Positions 33,226 to 44,656 are shown, counted from the first letter of the stretch. The stretch is 64,000 bases of DNA from Pseudogracilibacillus sp. (GCA_035301305.1 DATGUO010000055.1:23779-87778); one strand, 5' to 3'. The notes: a model not told the origin generated them from the letters alone. Numbers and translations are program-made.

Positions 33226-34542
33226 TTATAAATCAATTAACTGTGCCATGAGCATCCCTTTACTGACCAGTTTCTTATTATTATATACTTCTATATTGAT
33301 CTTGGCGTATAACCTTCCAGCGTCTAATAATTCCGGTTTAATAATTAAATGACTGTCCATTTGCACTGGCTCTATGACATAAATATTTAAACTCTCCACA
33401 ACCATATTTCCTTTTTTATACTGTTGCAGCATACGTGTACTGGATTCAGAAATAAGCGTCGTTAACACACCATACGATAAAGTACCGATTTGGTTCGTCA
33501 TTTGCGGCGTTACATCTGTTTCAAATACAGCAGATTCCCCTTCCACTGCCGTCAGTCCTTGAGAACTTAAATCATGGATAGTTTCTCCAACTTGAGGCTG
33601 ACGCTGTACTTCATTCAGGGCTTTCAATACATCCTGGCGGGACACGAGGCCTTGTAAATCATGAGCGCTCCCTACAACTGGAATGAGTTCAATTCCTTCC
33701 CACACCATCAAGTGGGCAACATACGCTAAAGAAGTCTTTGCTTGTACCGTAATAGGGTTTTTAGTCATGATTTTCTCAATGGACATATTTTCATCTTCAC
33801 TCACTACATCTTTTGAAGTGACCATACCGATGACGTTCCGGTCGTCGTTAATAACCGGAAAGCGGGTATGCGCGGTTAATTCATTCAGTTGATACCAATC
33901 GCGAATAGCATCTCCCTCATATAAGTAATGCATTTCATCGAACGGTGTGTAAATATCTCCGACAAAAACGATTTCTTTTTTAATCATTTGGTCATAAATC
34001 GCTCGGTTAATCATTTCAGCAACTGTAAACGTGTCATAACTTGTCGAAATGATAGGTAAATTCTTTTCATCTGCAAGTTTTTTAATATGCTCTTTGGTGT
34101 CGAATCCACCTGTAATTAATACTGCTGCACCTGCTTTTAACGCATATTCATGAGCTTTTATACGATTCCCGACAATTAATAAAGAATCTGCTTCCGTGTA
34201 CCCCATCATTGCTTCCAACTGCATGGCACCGATGACAAACTTATTTAAAATTTTATGCAGTCCATTCCTTCCGCCAAGCACTTGTCCATCGACAATTTTT
34301 GTTATTTCTGAAAAAGTTAAATGTTTAAAGTTTTGTTTTTCTTTCTGCTGTATACGAACAGTGCCGACACGTTCAACGGTACTTACTAATCCTTGATTTT
34401 CTGCTTCTTTAATAGCTCTGTAAGCTGTTCCATCGCTCACATCCAGTTCTTTTGCGATTTGCCGCACAGAAATTTTATAGCCGACGTCCAATGTCGTAAT
34501 ATGCCGAATAATTTGTTCATGTTTTGTAGCCAAAATACACAC
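33226..34542 (-). CDS. ytoI: YtoI-like protein (HTH, DRTGG and CBS-pair domains)
   Basis: 438 aa with N-terminal HTH, DRTGG-like, CBS-pair and C-terminal domains. The true start may be the TTG at 34533. Confidence 0.8.
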   Translation of the reverse strand: MCILATKHEQIIRHITTLDVGYKISVRQIAKELDVSDGTAYRAIKEAENQGLVSTVERVGTVRIQQKEKQNFKHLTFSEITKIVDGQVLGGRNGLHKILNKFVIGAMQLEAMMGYTEADSLLIVGNRIKAHEYALKAGAAVLITGGFDTKEHIKKLADEKNLPIISTSYDTFTVAEMINRAIYDQMIKKEIVFVGDIYTPFDEMHYLYEGDAIRDWYQLNELTAHTRFPVINDDRNVIGMVTSKDVVSEDENMSIEKIMTKNPITVQAKTSLAYVAHLMVWEGIELIPVVGSAHDLQGLVSRQDVLKALNEVQRQPQVGETIHDLSSQGLTAVEGESAVFETDVTPQMTNQIGTLSYGVLTTLISESSTRMLQQYKKGNMVVESLNIYVIEPVQMDSHLIIKPELLDAGRLYAKINIEVYNNKKLVSKGMLMAQLIDL

Positions 34543-34704
34543 CAGCCTTCAACTGTACTAATTTTATATGTTATCTTTATTATACAGCTAGAGGACGAGA
34601 AGCTCAACAGTTACATCTGTTTCATGAAATTACACGGTTTGTCAGGAAACAGAAGCTTCATTTTTTGTGGAAAAACAGCTGATAACATACATAATACAGT
34701 CTTT

Positions 34705-34762
34705 AAAAAAACAGAACAACCTGATGATACAGTTAAAGCTGTACTGTATACACCAGGTTGTT
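34705..34762 (-). terminator. Terminator after the BASS transporter gene
   Basis: Stem aacaacctg / caggttgtt with T7 on the minus strand. Confidence 0.7.
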
Positions 34763-34772
34763 TAAGCTGTTT

Positions 34773-35703
34773 TTATTTTTCGGACCGTTTCCCCCACCAA
34801 GTGGCTAAAAGCGGTCCTGATATATTGTGCCATACACTGAACAATGCACTTGGAACAGCTGCGATTGGAGAAAAATGAGCAACGGCTAATGCTGCGCCCA
34901 GCCCCGAATTTTGCATACCAACTTCTATAGAAATCGCTTTTTGGTCCGTAAAATCAAACCGTAATAATTTTGCAAGGACATAGCCAATTAATAAGCCAAG
35001 TAAATTATGTAATATAACAACAGAAAATATTAATAAGCCGGTTGTAGCAATTTCCTCGGTATTCAAGGCAACAACCGCTGCTGCAACCGCAACGATCCCC
35101 ACTACAGATACGAGTGGTAAAGCTTTCACGCTTTTGTCCACTTGTTTGGTGAAAACAATTCGAATAATGATACCCAGCACAATCGGAATTAACACAATTT
35201 GCACAATGGAGAAAAACATATCTCCCGCTGAAACAGGAAGCCATTTACTGGCTAAAATCAACGTCAAAAAAGGTGTTAAAATAGGTGCAAGTATAGTAGA
35301 TACAGCAGTAATCGTAACAGATAAGGCTGTATTTCCTTTCGCTAAAAACGTCATCACATTAGAGGCCGTACCTCCAGGACAACAGCCAACTAAAATCACG
35401 CCAATGGCTACCTCAGCCGGCAACTGAAATAAGACTGCCAACCCATATGCCACTAATGGCATGATAATATATTGAGCCAACACACCTGTAATAACACTTT
35501 TAGGTACTTTTAATATTTTCTTAAAATCCGCTAATGTTAGTGTAAGCCCCATACCAAACAATGATAACCCCGAGTAAAATATTAATATAATCGCCAATCC
35601 AGGCAAAACCATCAGGATATACGTAAGCAATCACAGCAAATAAAATAACCCAGATCGCAAATGTATTTCCCGCAAACTGACTGATTCTCTCTAATGAACG
35701 CAT
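34773..35703 (-). pseudogene. Bile acid:sodium symporter (BASS) family transporter, interrupted by a +1 frameshift
   Basis: The N-terminal 48 aa (ORF 35521-35703) and the remainder (ORF 34773-35630) are both BASS-like but lie in different frames. The break is at about 35557-35562, in atcatTgtttgg. Confidence 0.75.
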
Positions 35704-35894
35704 GAAATAAGCCCCCTATTTATTTATATATTCGTAATTGTACCACAAATCAGATTACAGAGGGGGATAGACGTTTCTGCTTTCAAAACTGTAAACATTT
35801 GTTTTTTTATGAGTATATACAGTTTTTCAAGATATATTTTTCATTTGTATAATAAGGGATAGACAAATTAGCATTGGACCATTCTTAACAGTTA

Positions 35895-35940
35895 ATGCTT
35901 TAGTTGCGCTTATACAGGAAAAATAAACCCACTTATCTGT
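35895..35940. repeat. Copy B of the recurring intergenic motif (aTGCTTTAGTTGCGCTTATACAGGAAAAAT plus hairpin)
   Basis: Matches the 60958 copy at 22 of 27 positions. The hairpin is acag..ataa/ttatctgt. Confidence 0.5.
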
Positions 35941-35982
35941 AAAAAAAGAATGAACCAAGCAGATGCAAACTGCCTGGTTCAT
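35941..35982 (-). terminator. ytkL terminator
   Basis: On the minus strand: atgaaccaggcag / ctgcttggttcat followed by tcttttttt. Confidence 0.85.
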
Positions 35983-35998
35983 ACCAAAAAATTATCGT

Positions 35999-36679
35999 TT
36001 ATAAATCAATCGATTCACCGACTTTTAAAGCTCGTCCTTTACCGGTCTTGACTTTTTCAACAAAGGCATCCGGGTCCTGTTCAATGACCGGAAATGTATT
36101 GTAGTGAACTGGAACAACCATTTGTGCGTTAATCCAGTCCGTTGCTGTAAGAGCATCTTCCGGTCCCATTGTGAAATTATCACCGATTGGTACAAATGCC
36201 AAGTCTATGTCGTTTCGTTCACCAATCATTTTTAAATCCGAAAATAAGCCGGTATCTCCAACATGGTAAATCGTTTTGCCATCAATCGTTAATAAAAATC
36301 CTGCTGGCATGCCCGTGTAAACAAACTCGCCATTTTCTTCCTGAAAAGACGAACTGTGAAAGGCTTGGGTGTATTTGACATGTCCGAAATCAAACGTATA
36401 ACCACCGCCAATATTCATGCCGTGGACGTCTAACCCTTTACCGCCAAGATAAAGCGCCAGCTCATTAATCGCAACAATTTTAGCGCCCGTTCTCTGTGCA
36501 ATAGAAACAGTATCTCCCAAATGATCACCATGCCCATGGGTCAGGATAATAACATCTGCTTCCACCTCTTTTGCATCTAAATCTGTTAACTCATTTCCCG
36601 TAATAAAGGGATCAATCAAAATATTATGTGTTTCGGTTTGCACGTATACAATAGAATGTCCATGATAAGAAATCTTCAT
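35999..36679 (-). CDS. ytkL: UPF0173 metal-dependent hydrolase (metallo-beta-lactamase fold, YtkL-like)
   Basis: 226 aa, MKISYHGHS...THGHGDH. Confidence 0.85.
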   Translation of the reverse strand: MKISYHGHSIVYVQTETHNILIDPFITGNELTDLDAKEVEADVIILTHGHGDHLGDTVSIAQRTGAKIVAINELALYLGGKGLDVHGMNIGGGYTFDFGHVKYTQAFHSSSFQEENGEFVYTGMPAGFLLTIDGKTIYHVGDTGLFSDLKMIGERNDIDLAFVPIGDNFTMGPEDALTATDWINAQMVVPVHYNTFPVIEQDPDAFVEKVKTGKGRALKVGESIDL

Positions 36680-36741
36680 GATATATTCCTCCTTCTCTCT
36701 TTATGATGCCATGAATAAATACATTCTTTCAACCATCTCAT

Positions 36742-37854
36742 TTAAAGCAATTTAGAAATAGCCGTTCCTTCAAGACTCAGTGCGTCCGACACGCCTTGGT
36801 TTGTTAAATGACCTGCAAACGTATTAATCCCTTTTTGCAATGCCTGATTATCTTTCAACGCTTGAGAAGACCCCTTCTTAGCCAGTTCCAAGACGTACGG
36901 CAAGGTAGCATTCGTCAGTCCTTCTGTTGCCGTTTTCGGGACTGCTCCTGGTATATTGGAGACTGTATAATGCAGCACGTCGTGTTTAGTAAAAATCGGG
37001 TTATCATGTGTTGCCACCTGCTCACTTGTCGCGAAATTGCCTCCTTGATCAATGGCTACATCCACGATGACAGAGCCAGGATCCATAGACTTCACCATCT
37101 CTTCGGTCACAAGTACAGGTGCTTTTGCCCCGGGAATAAGTACAGAACCAACTGCTAAATCAGAATCCTCGATCTCTCTGGCAATATCCAGAGGGTTCGA
37201 CATTAAAACATCTGCTTCATTGCCAAATTGCTCTGTCAGTTCTTTTAATCTTTTCGGATTTAAATCAAAAAGGGTCACATTAGCACCCAGACCAATCGCC
37301 TGCTTCGCTGCATTTGTTCCGACAACGCCGCCGCCAATAATCGTTACTTTTCCAGGACGAACACCGGTGATGCCCCCAAGCAATAACCCTTTTCCGCCGT
37401 TGACTTTCTCCAAATAGTGTGCCCCCAGCTGTGTTGCCATAAAACCGGCAACCTCACTCATTGGAGTTAATAAAGGGAGGGAGTTATCTGCTAACTGGAC
37501 AGTTTCATAAGCGATACCGGTTACTTTTTTCTCCAGCATCACTTTTGTCAATTCAGGGTGGGAGGCTAAGTGTAGATAAGTGAAAATTATTTTACCTTCT
37601 TCAAAATAATCATATTCTTCCTGCTGCGGTTCTTTTACTTTCATAACCAACTCGTTGTCCCAGGCTTCTTTTCCTGTTTGAACAATTGTTGCACCGGCAT
37701 CTTCGTATGTTTCATCTGTGAACCCTGCTCCTGTACCAGCATTGGTTTCTACATATACTTCATGAGCAGCGTTTATTAATGAATAAACACCTGCTGGCGT
37801 TAAAGCAACTCGATTTTCATTATTCAAAATTTCTTTCGGAATTCCTATTTTCAT
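36742..37854 (-). CDS. ald: Alanine dehydrogenase
   Basis: 370 aa, [18 protein letters not shown], with the NAD-binding motif GGGVVG. Confidence 0.95.
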   Translation of the reverse strand: MKIGIPKEILNNENRVALTPAGVYSLINAAHEVYVETNAGTGAGFTDETYEDAGATIVQTGKEAWDNELVMKVKEPQQEEYDYFEEGKIIFTYLHLASHPELTKVMLEKKVTGIAYETVQLADNSLPLLTPMSEVAGFMATQLGAHYLEKVNGGKGLLLGGITGVRPGKVTIIGGGVVGTNAAKQAIGLGANVTLFDLNPKRLKELTEQFGNEADVLMSNPLDIAREIEDSDLAVGSVLIPGAKAPVLVTEEMVKSMDPGSVIVDVAIDQGGNFATSEQVATHDNPIFTKHDVLHYTVSNIPGAVPKTATEGLTNATLPYVLELAKKGSSQALKDNQALQKGINTFAGHLTNQGVSDALSLEGTAISKLL

Positions 37855-38163
37855 TCCTCAGCACCTCATTTATTTTAAATGGCTATTTTTCTTACTATTC
37901 ACATTTTAGCAAATTGACAGTGTAATTGCATGTATTTTTCTATATCTGCTTCATTTCATCAACCATACTTTTTTAACAAACTGACAGGAAAACACATTTG
38001 CTTTTGAATGTTTCGTAACAGCCTGATCATTTCAACCTCTTTAATCATCTTCCTTGTGCTTCGTTTATAAAATAAACCATTAATCCTGTAAATAAAAAGT
38101 ATCATTTATTCTTGAACTTTTTGTAAAAAATTTCTATAAACTGTGCTTTTACGCTGAATTGAC

Positions 38164-38190
38164 GTTTCATTTTCTCGTTTTTTCGGGTAT
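38164..38190 (+). promoter_or_regulatory. Possible SigB-type promoter upstream of the usp gene
   Basis: GTTTCA, a 15-nt spacer, then GGGTAT. The B. subtilis SigB consensus is GTTTAA-N12-15-GGGWAW. Confidence 0.35.
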
Positions 38191-38229
38191 AGTTGTAGTA
38201 AGAGATGAATTATTAGGGAGGAATTAGGA

Positions 38230-38661
38230 ATGGCTGAATATAAAAAAATAATCAATGCCGTAGATGGCTCCAAAGCTTCTGAACATGCATTTAACAAAGC
38301 AGTCGAAATTTCAAAAAGAAACAGCGCTACTTTAGTCTTAGCGCATGTGGTCGACACTCGTACTTTTGCAACTGCAGAAGCGTATGACAAGTCTTTATCG
38401 GAACGTGCTGAAAAATACGCTCAGGACTTATTAAATGAATATGTAGAAAATGCCAAAGAGGCGGGCGTAGATGATGTCAGCATGGTGATTAAATATGGTT
38501 CCCCTAAAGTTGTCATTGCCAAGGAAATTGCACCTGAATATGAAGCGGATTTAATCGTCGTCGGGGCAACTGGTTTAAACGCTGTTGAACGTTTCTTAAT
38601 TGGAAGCGTCTCTGAAAGTATTTCTCGTTATGCTAAATGTGATGTGCTCATTTCCCGTTAA
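38230..38661 (+). CDS. Universal stress protein (UspA family)
   Basis: 143 aa of the Usp family (LVLAHVVD, GSPK, DLIVVGATG...GSVS). The RBS is GGGAGGA. Confidence 0.85.
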   Translation: MAEYKKIINAVDGSKASEHAFNKAVEISKRNSATLVLAHVVDTRTFATAEAYDKSLSERAEKYAQDLLNEYVENAKEAGVDDVSMVIKYGSPKVVIAKEIAPEYEADLIVVGATGLNAVERFLIGSVSESISRYAKCDVLISR

Positions 38662-38678
38662 TGATATGTTTAATCGTA

Positions 38679-38716
38679 TAAAAAAAGTCGTCTTATTAAA
38701 AAGACGACTTTTTTAT
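38679..38716. terminator. Bidirectional terminator (usp / moaB)
   Basis: Stem aagtcgtctt / aagacgactt flanked by an A-run and a T-run. Confidence 0.85.
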
Positions 38717-38738
38717 AAGAAAACATTATCCTGCATAA

Positions 38739-39245
38739 TCAACGTTCGTGTTTGGTTAATTCTTCCCGTATATGAGAAATTTCAGGAAGAATCAATTTAT
38801 TCATTGCTAACTTTACAGCTCCGGAAGACCCTGGCATTAGAAATACTGCTTTATCTCCCTCTAATATACCTGCCAAAGCTCGTGACATCAATGCGGCAGA
38901 GCCTATATCTTCTGTATAACTGAGCATTCGGAACAGTTCACCAAAACCGGGGATTTCTTTTTCTAACATTGGCTGCACAGATTCAATCGTCCTGTCACGT
39001 CTTGATATGCCTGTCCCTCCCGTAAGTAAAACTGCTTCAATTCGTTCATCTTCGACTGCAGTTTCTAAAATATTCTCAATTTGTGTCTGATCATCTGGAA
39101 TAATCAGATGATGAACGACTTGATGCCCGTGTTCTTTTAAAAGTGCTTGAATCAACAGGCCGCTTTTATCATCTTCCGGTGTTCTTGTGTCACTAATTGT
39201 CGCCACTAGACAGGATACCTGTCTTTCTTCTACTTGGTGTACCAT
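38739..39245 (-). CDS. moaB: Molybdenum cofactor biosynthesis protein B (MoaB/MogA family)
   Basis: Carries TGGTG and SRRD motifs. The start is set at ATG 39245 after AGGAGGGG. It is adjacent to ackA. Confidence 0.85.
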   Translation of the reverse strand: MVHQVEERQVSCLVATISDTRTPEDDKSGLLIQALLKEHGHQVVHHLIIPDDQTQIENILETAVEDERIEAVLLTGGTGISRRDRTIESVQPMLEKEIPGFGELFRMLSYTEDIGSAALMSRALAGILEGDKAVFLMPGSSGAVKLAMNKLILPEISHIREELTKHER

Positions 39246-39276
39246 CTTTCCCCTCCTGTTTCCATAATCAAGGAAA

Positions 39277-40464
39277 TTAAGACTCTGCAAGTCGCATGGT
39301 GTCGCGCGCTATCATTACTTCTTCATCGGTTGGAACAACAAGCACTTTAACAGGCGAATGCGGATAAGTGATGAAGCCTTCGTCATGCAAGTCCTGATTC
39401 GCTAAAGGGTCCCAATAAACTCCCATAAATTCCAGTCCATTTAATATTTTGCTGCGCACGGTCGTACTGTTTTCCCCGACTCCTGCAGTGAAAACAATGG
39501 CGTCTACCCCGGCCATTTTTGTCGCGTACGAACCAATATATTGGTGAATTTGACCGGCAAACACCTCTAAAGCCAGCTCAGCCCGCGGATTCGTATCCAC
39601 CTCAGCTTCAATATCCCGTAAGTCGTTTGAAATACCCGATAAAGCAAGCATACCACTTTTTTCATTAAGCACTTCAATGACTTCTTGAGCTTCTAAGCCG
39701 GTTTTGCGCATGACATATGGAATAATTGCCGGATCAATATCTCCTGACCTCGTTCCCATGGTCACTCCAGCAAGCGGCGTGAACCCCATCGTCGTATCGA
39801 TAGATTTACCCTTATTAATGGCGGTAATACTAACCCCATTACCTAAATGACAAGAAATAATGCGAATCTTATCTAAAGGCCTATCCATTAAATCAGCAGC
39901 TCTTTCAGCAACATACTTATGTGAGGTTCCGTGGAAGCCGTATTTTCGAATGCCGTATTCTGTATAATATTCATAAGGCATGCTGTATATAAACGATTTT
40001 TCAGGCATCGTCTGATGAAAAGCTGTATCAAAAACGGCAACGGTTGGAATATCCGGTAAATACTCTTTAAATGCTTGAATGCCGACTAAGTTTGCTGGAT
40101 TGTGCAGTGGCGCAAACTCGGACATTTCCACAATTTTTTCGATTACACTTTCATCTATCAATGCGGAGTCGTCGAAATATTCACCACCATGAGCAACCCG
40201 ATGACCGATAGCATCTATTTCGTTATAGCCTTTAATTACTTTTAAAGAAAGCAATTGTTTCAGTAACATATCTACAGCTTCACGATGGTCTTTGATATTG
40301 CGGGTAACTTTTTCTTCAGCAGACTTGGAGACAAGTGAAAAACTCGATCCAGTCATTCCGATGCGCTCAATTAATCCTTTTGCCAGCACAACTTCCTCTG
40401 GCATAGCAAACAATTGAAATTTCAAAGAAGAACTTCCTGCATTAATAGCTAAAATTTTTTTCAA
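39277..40464 (-). CDS. ackA: Acetate kinase
   Basis: 395 aa, [19 protein letters not shown]. Confidence 0.96.
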   Translation of the reverse strand: MKKILAINAGSSSLKFQLFAMPEEVVLAKGLIERIGMTGSSFSLVSKSAEEKVTRNIKDHREAVDMLLKQLLSLKVIKGYNEIDAIGHRVAHGGEYFDDSALIDESVIEKIVEMSEFAPLHNPANLVGIQAFKEYLPDIPTVAVFDTAFHQTMPEKSFIYSMPYEYYTEYGIRKYGFHGTSHKYVAERAADLMDRPLDKIRIISCHLGNGVSITAINKGKSIDTTMGFTPLAGVTMGTRSGDIDPAIIPYVMRKTGLEAQEVIEVLNEKSGMLALSGISNDLRDIEAEVDTNPRAELALEVFAGQIHQYIGSYATKMAGVDAIVFTAGVGENSTTVRSKILNGLEFMGVYWDPLANQDLHDEGFITYPHSPVKVLVVPTDEEVMIARDTMRLAES

Positions 40465-40485
40465 TGCACGACACCTGCCTCGTTA

Positions 40486-41472
40486 TTAATGTAATTCCGC
40501 TTCACTAAACCATTGATTAATTTTATTCATGATATCTCCCATCGCTTTCGTATCTTTAAAGGAAGGCAGCTGAGCTAGAAGCGGCTGTTGTACATCTTTC
40601 GTTGCTTCTCCTTTTTTCCTTAAAATAAAAATACTTTTCTTGTGTTCCTTGGATTTAAAAGTAGATTCTGCTAATTGAATAATTCCAATAATATGAGCAT
40701 GCTGTTGCAGGAACTTGTTTAAATCGTCACTTGCTTCTGTTGAAAATAAATGCTCTGGAATAACAAAAATAAGATAGCCGCCAGCTTTCGTATAATGCAA
40801 ACTCTGTTCTATTAATAGATGATGTGCATAAGAATGGCCCTCTTTATTTTGTAACTCAAACGTTTGTGCTTGCGCATCATCCGGGTAATATCCTACTGGC
40901 AAATCAGCAACGACCAAATCAACCGGGTCTAATAAGAGCGGACGCAAACTGTCCTGATGGAAGAATTCTACTTCTTTCTTGAGTAAATTCGCATACATTA
41001 CAGCAATCCGCAACAAAGTCGTATCTACTTCGCTGGCATATGCGTTTGTTTCCTGTTTTAGATAATTCATCACCGTTAATAATAAATTGCCTGTCCCCCC
41101 TACAGGATCAAAAACCCGAATCGATTCCGTTCCTTTCATCAATTTCTCGGCAAGATACCCGATAAATAAGGCAATCGTCTCAGGGGTGATTGCATGTTGA
41201 TGCTGGGTTGTTTTTTGCATGCCTTTTACAATCGTTAATTGAATCGCTTTATGAATGTCTTCTGTATCGTAAGAGGAAAGTTCTATTTGTTGAAGCTGGG
41301 CTTCTACGGATGTTTGCACTTCACTGGAAATCTCAGATTGAAACGTGCCATAAAATAGGACTTCCATACACATGGATAAACTGTCTAAATAAGGTTCTTC
41401 TTCTAATTCCTGCAATTTCATTGTTTGTTCATCTATTTTTTCAAATAAATTGACTACATTTGTTTCGCTCAT
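40486..41472 (-). CDS. ytxK: YtxK-like class I SAM-dependent (N6-adenine DNA methyltransferase-like) protein
   Basis: SAM motif DPVGGTGNL and a DLPVGYYP (D/NPPY-like) motif. Synteny is ytxK-ackA. Confidence 0.75.
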   Translation of the reverse strand: MSETNVVNLFEKIDEQTMKLQELEEEPYLDSLSMCMEVLFYGTFQSEISSEVQTSVEAQLQQIELSSYDTEDIHKAIQLTIVKGMQKTTQHQHAITPETIALFIGYLAEKLMKGTESIRVFDPVGGTGNLLLTVMNYLKQETNAYASEVDTTLLRIAVMYANLLKKEVEFFHQDSLRPLLLDPVDLVVADLPVGYYPDDAQAQTFELQNKEGHSYAHHLLIEQSLHYTKAGGYLIFVIPEHLFSTEASDDLNKFLQQHAHIIGIIQLAESTFKSKEHKKSIFILRKKGEATKDVQQPLLAQLPSFKDTKAMGDIMNKINQWFSEAELH

Positions 41473-41536
41473 CTTTAACAGGTGTTCTGTCTTAAAACAC
41501 CTTTCACCCCTATCTGTCTATCATTCAAAATGGACA

Positions 41537-41573
41537 ATAAAAGGCGGGCTCACCAATTACTTATGAACCCGCT
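41537..41573 (-). terminator. tpx terminator
   Basis: On the minus strand: gcgggttca...tgagcccgc followed by cttttatt. Confidence 0.75.
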
Positions 41574-41591
41574 TATACGTCTCATTATTGT

Positions 41592-42089
41592 TTATGCTTG
41601 CTTTGCAGCCTGAAGTGCTGCATCAAAATCCGGATAATTTGTGACTTCCGGGACGTATTCTGCATGCACAACTTTATCATTTTCGTCCACCACAAATACA
41701 GCCCTTGTTTCGAGTCGCAACTCTTTAATCAAGGTTCCGTATTTTTCACCAAAGTCAGCGTCCCGGTGGTCGGATAACAATTCTATGTTTTTTACGCCTT
41801 CAGCACTGCACCAGCGTCCTTGAGCGAACGGCAAGTCCATGCTAACTGTAAGAATCTGGACGTTATCCAATTTGTCTGCTTCTTCATTAAAACGTTTCGT
41901 TTGGTTTGAGCATACTCCTGTATCTACAGAAGGGACTACACTGATAATTTTAACTTTACCTTTGTAATCACTCAGCGTCTTTTCTGATAAGTCATTCGCC
42001 AGAGCAGTAAAGTCAGGTGCTTGGTCGCCTACTTTCACTTCTGTACCTAATAATGTGACTGGGTCGTTATTGAACGTTACATTTACCAT
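41592..42089 (-). CDS. tpx: Thiol peroxidase
   Basis: 165 aa, with SVDTGVC as the peroxidatic Cys context. Confidence 0.93.
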   Translation of the reverse strand: MVNVTFNNDPVTLLGTEVKVGDQAPDFTALANDLSEKTLSDYKGKVKIISVVPSVDTGVCSNQTKRFNEEADKLDNVQILTVSMDLPFAQGRWCSAEGVKNIELLSDHRDADFGEKYGTLIKELRLETRAVFVVDENDKVVHAEYVPEVTNYPDFDAALQAAKQA

Positions 42090-42230
42090 ATAAAAACCAA
42101 CCTTTCATTATTAATTACTATATCTTCATTATGGAATAGGTAATGTTCATTGTCCATTGATACGCTATAAAACAGAGAGCTTTCTTGCGTATTCGAATTT
42201 ATGATTTTACCGTTCTATTACATTATAGTT

Positions 42231-43439
42231 TTACAATAATTCATCAAAAGAGGAACTGGACGTTTGTTGATTATCAATGGTAATCCGTTCAATCTGCTGC
42301 ACAGCTTCTGCTATTTCTTCTGTGAAATCAACATTTTCTTCAAATTTATGAACCGTTTCCCGCTTTGGATTTGTTGCGGGTGATTTCGGCACAAAGATGG
42401 TACAGCAATCTTCATAAGGTCGAATAGAGATATCATATGTCCCTATCTGTTTCGCATGTGTGATAATATCTTCCTTATCAAAAGAAACCAACGGCCGTAG
42501 CACAGGGATATTCGTCATTTCATTAATGGTATGCATACTGGCTAATGTTTGGCTGGCGACTTGTCCTAAACTTTCCCCTGTAATCACAGCTTGAATTCCC
42601 AATTGGTTACAAACCTGTTCACTGATACGCAACATCACGCGGCGCATAACTGTCATCGCGTATCTCTCCGGGATATGCTGGAATATCTTTTGCTGCAGCT
42701 TCGTAAATGGCACGAGATGCATCTGTATCGGACCACTGTTGCGCGAAAGAACCTCTGTTAAATCCAGTACTTTTTGCTTCGCACGTTCACTCGTAAATGG
42801 CGGAGAATGAAAATGAATCATTTCCAGCTGCACTCCCCGCTTCATCATTAAATGCCCAGCGACAGGACTGTCCAAGCCACCTGACAGCAATACCAGCGAC
42901 TTCCCGGCTGACCCTACAGGCAACCCACCGCTTCCGGGATACGTGGCTGACGTAATGTACGTCGCATTTTCTCTGATATCCACTTTAATTTCTACATCAG
43001 GCTCATGCACATCTACGGTTATATTTTCCGTATTTTTTAATAAATGAGCCCCTAAGCGCTGGTTCATTTCTTGAGAACGAATGGGGAAATTTTTATTTGC
43101 CCGCTTAACTGCTACTTTGAAAGTCGACACATCTGCTTTTTCCTGCAGTGCATATAGAGCCGCTTGTTCAATATCAGAGATCTCGTTTGCTACTTTAATT
43201 GCTAAACTCAAACTGTAAATCCCGAAAACGTGCTGGCATTTTTCGATGACGGGTTCAGGATTTGTCCCGTTTAAAACGACAAATAGCCGTCCCATGGAAC
43301 GTGTCACTTTAATATCTGGATAATCCCGCAAAGCGTAGCGAATATTTTTTTGTAATTGCATAATAAATTGTTTAATGTTTTTTCCTTTTAACCCAAGCTC
43401 CCCGTAGCGGATTAATATATGATCGTATTGCATGTTCAT
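42231..43439 (-). CDS. thiI: tRNA 4-thiouridine synthase ThiI
   Basis: 402 aa with THUMP and PP-loop (LLSGGLDSPVA) domains. Confidence 0.93.
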   Translation of the reverse strand: MNMQYDHILIRYGELGLKGKNIKQFIMQLQKNIRYALRDYPDIKVTRSMGRLFVVLNGTNPEPVIEKCQHVFGIYSLSLAIKVANEISDIEQAALYALQEKADVSTFKVAVKRANKNFPIRSQEMNQRLGAHLLKNTENITVDVHEPDVEIKVDIRENATYITSATYPGSGGLPVGSAGKSLVLLSGGLDSPVAGHLMMKRGVQLEMIHFHSPPFTSERAKQKVLDLTEVLSRNSGPIQMHLVPFTKLQQKIFQHIPERYAMTVMRRVMLRISEQVCNQLGIQAVITGESLGQVASQTLASMHTINEMTNIPVLRPLVSFDKEDIITHAKQIGTYDISIRPYEDCCTIFVPKSPATNPKRETVHKFEENVDFTEEIAEAVQQIERITIDNQQTSSSSFDELL

Positions 43440-44579
43440 CTACCCCATTACTGCTTTCAAATTTTGTATAACCGTTGTAAATAAGGAAATAAAGTCTTGA
43501 ATTTCTTTTTCAGTTGTATCATAAGAGAGACTGATACGCAATCCCGACGTTGCTCTGGCATCCGATACACCGCATGCTTCAAGCACTCTGCTTTTGTCTT
43601 TCTGTTTAGAAGAGCAGGCAGATTGTGTAGAAATCACCGCGCCTTTTTCATATAAAGCATGAATGACAACTTCCGGCTTTAACCCGGGAACAGACACATT
43701 GATAATATGCGGCGCTCCCTCTCTTGGTGAATTCACACAAACCGCTTCTATAGAAGAAAGACTGTCTCTCAATTGCTCTTTTAAAACTTCCAGATCTTTG
43801 ACATGCTTGGTTTCTTTTTCTTTGATTAACCGAAGAGCACGGACGACACTTACATTTCCTGCCACATTTTCTGTACCTGAACGGATAGACTGTTCTTGTC
43901 CTCCGCCGTGAAAAAGCGGGAACAGCGAGGTGCCTTGTTTCACGTATAATATACCTGTTCCTTTCAATCCATGAATTTTATGACCGGAAAAGGTACATAA
44001 ATCAACATGAGCTTTGGACAAAGCAAGCGGGACCTTCCCAAGCCCTTGTACGGCGTCTACATGAAAAAACAGCTTAGGGTGGCGAGTTAATTGTTCTCCA
44101 ATTTCTTCTATCGGTTGAATAGCACCTATTTCATTATTCACTTGCATGATGGAAACTAAAATAGTATCTGGACGGACAGCTTCTTCTACATCTCGCGGAT
44201 TTACTATTCCTTGTTCATTTACAGGAAGATATGTGACTTCAAACCCCAGATTTTCCAGCGCTTTACAAGTTTCATAAACAGAAGCGTGTTCTACTTCTGT
44301 TGTAATAATATGCTTGCCACGCGTTTGAAATTGGAAAGCAATTCCTTTTATAGCTAAGTTATTCCCCTCTGTTCCACCTGAAGTAAAAACGACCTCAGAC
44401 GTTTGAATATTTAAAAGTTCTGCTGCTTGTTCACGTGCCTTCATCTGCAGCTGTTCCGTCTCTGCCCCTAATTGATGAATGGAAGATGGGTTCCCAAAAT
44501 ATTTTTCAGCGACTTGTTCATAGCTGCGTAAAACAGAAGGATCTGCTTTTGTGGTTGCGCTATTATCTAAATAAATCAT
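43440..44579 (-). CDS. nifZ: Cysteine desulfurase (class V aminotransferase; NifZ/IscS-type partner of ThiI)
   Basis: 379 aa, with SGHK as the PLP lysine and SACSS as the catalytic Cys. It lies immediately upstream of thiI. Confidence 0.88.
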   Translation of the reverse strand: MIYLDNSATTKADPSVLRSYEQVAEKYFGNPSSIHQLGAETEQLQMKAREQAAELLNIQTSEVVFTSGGTEGNNLAIKGIAFQFQTRGKHIITTEVEHASVYETCKALENLGFEVTYLPVNEQGIVNPRDVEEAVRPDTILVSIMQVNNEIGAIQPIEEIGEQLTRHPKLFFHVDAVQGLGKVPLALSKAHVDLCTFSGHKIHGLKGTGILYVKQGTSLFPLFHGGGQEQSIRSGTENVAGNVSVVRALRLIKEKETKHVKDLEVLKEQLRDSLSSIEAVCVNSPREGAPHIINVSVPGLKPEVVIHALYEKGAVISTQSACSSKQKDKSRVLEACGVSDARATSGLRISLSYDTTEKEIQDFISLFTTVIQNLKAVMG

Positions 44580-44656
44580 GTTTGTTTTCCTTCTTTCTTA
44601 TTTAGCTTCCACAATAAACAAGACTGACTAATTGTATTAGACAGTCTGTTTATATA

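Noticed and set aside
34393-34878. 161-aa plus-strand ORF spanning the ytoI start, the spacer and the BASS gene end.
   Set aside because: It runs antisense to two real genes and through a terminator. The sequence is Cys/Phe-rich and non-protein-like, with no RBS.
35521-35630. Listed start MLTYILMVLPGL... for the BASS ORF (35630).
   Set aside because: This N-terminal extension is the out-of-frame reading of the true N-terminal segment. BASS homology in this frame begins only at ...FGMGLTL.
38106-38390. 94-aa minus-strand ORF overlapping the usp start.
   Set aside because: It is antisense to a well-supported usp gene with a good RBS. It has no RBS of its own.
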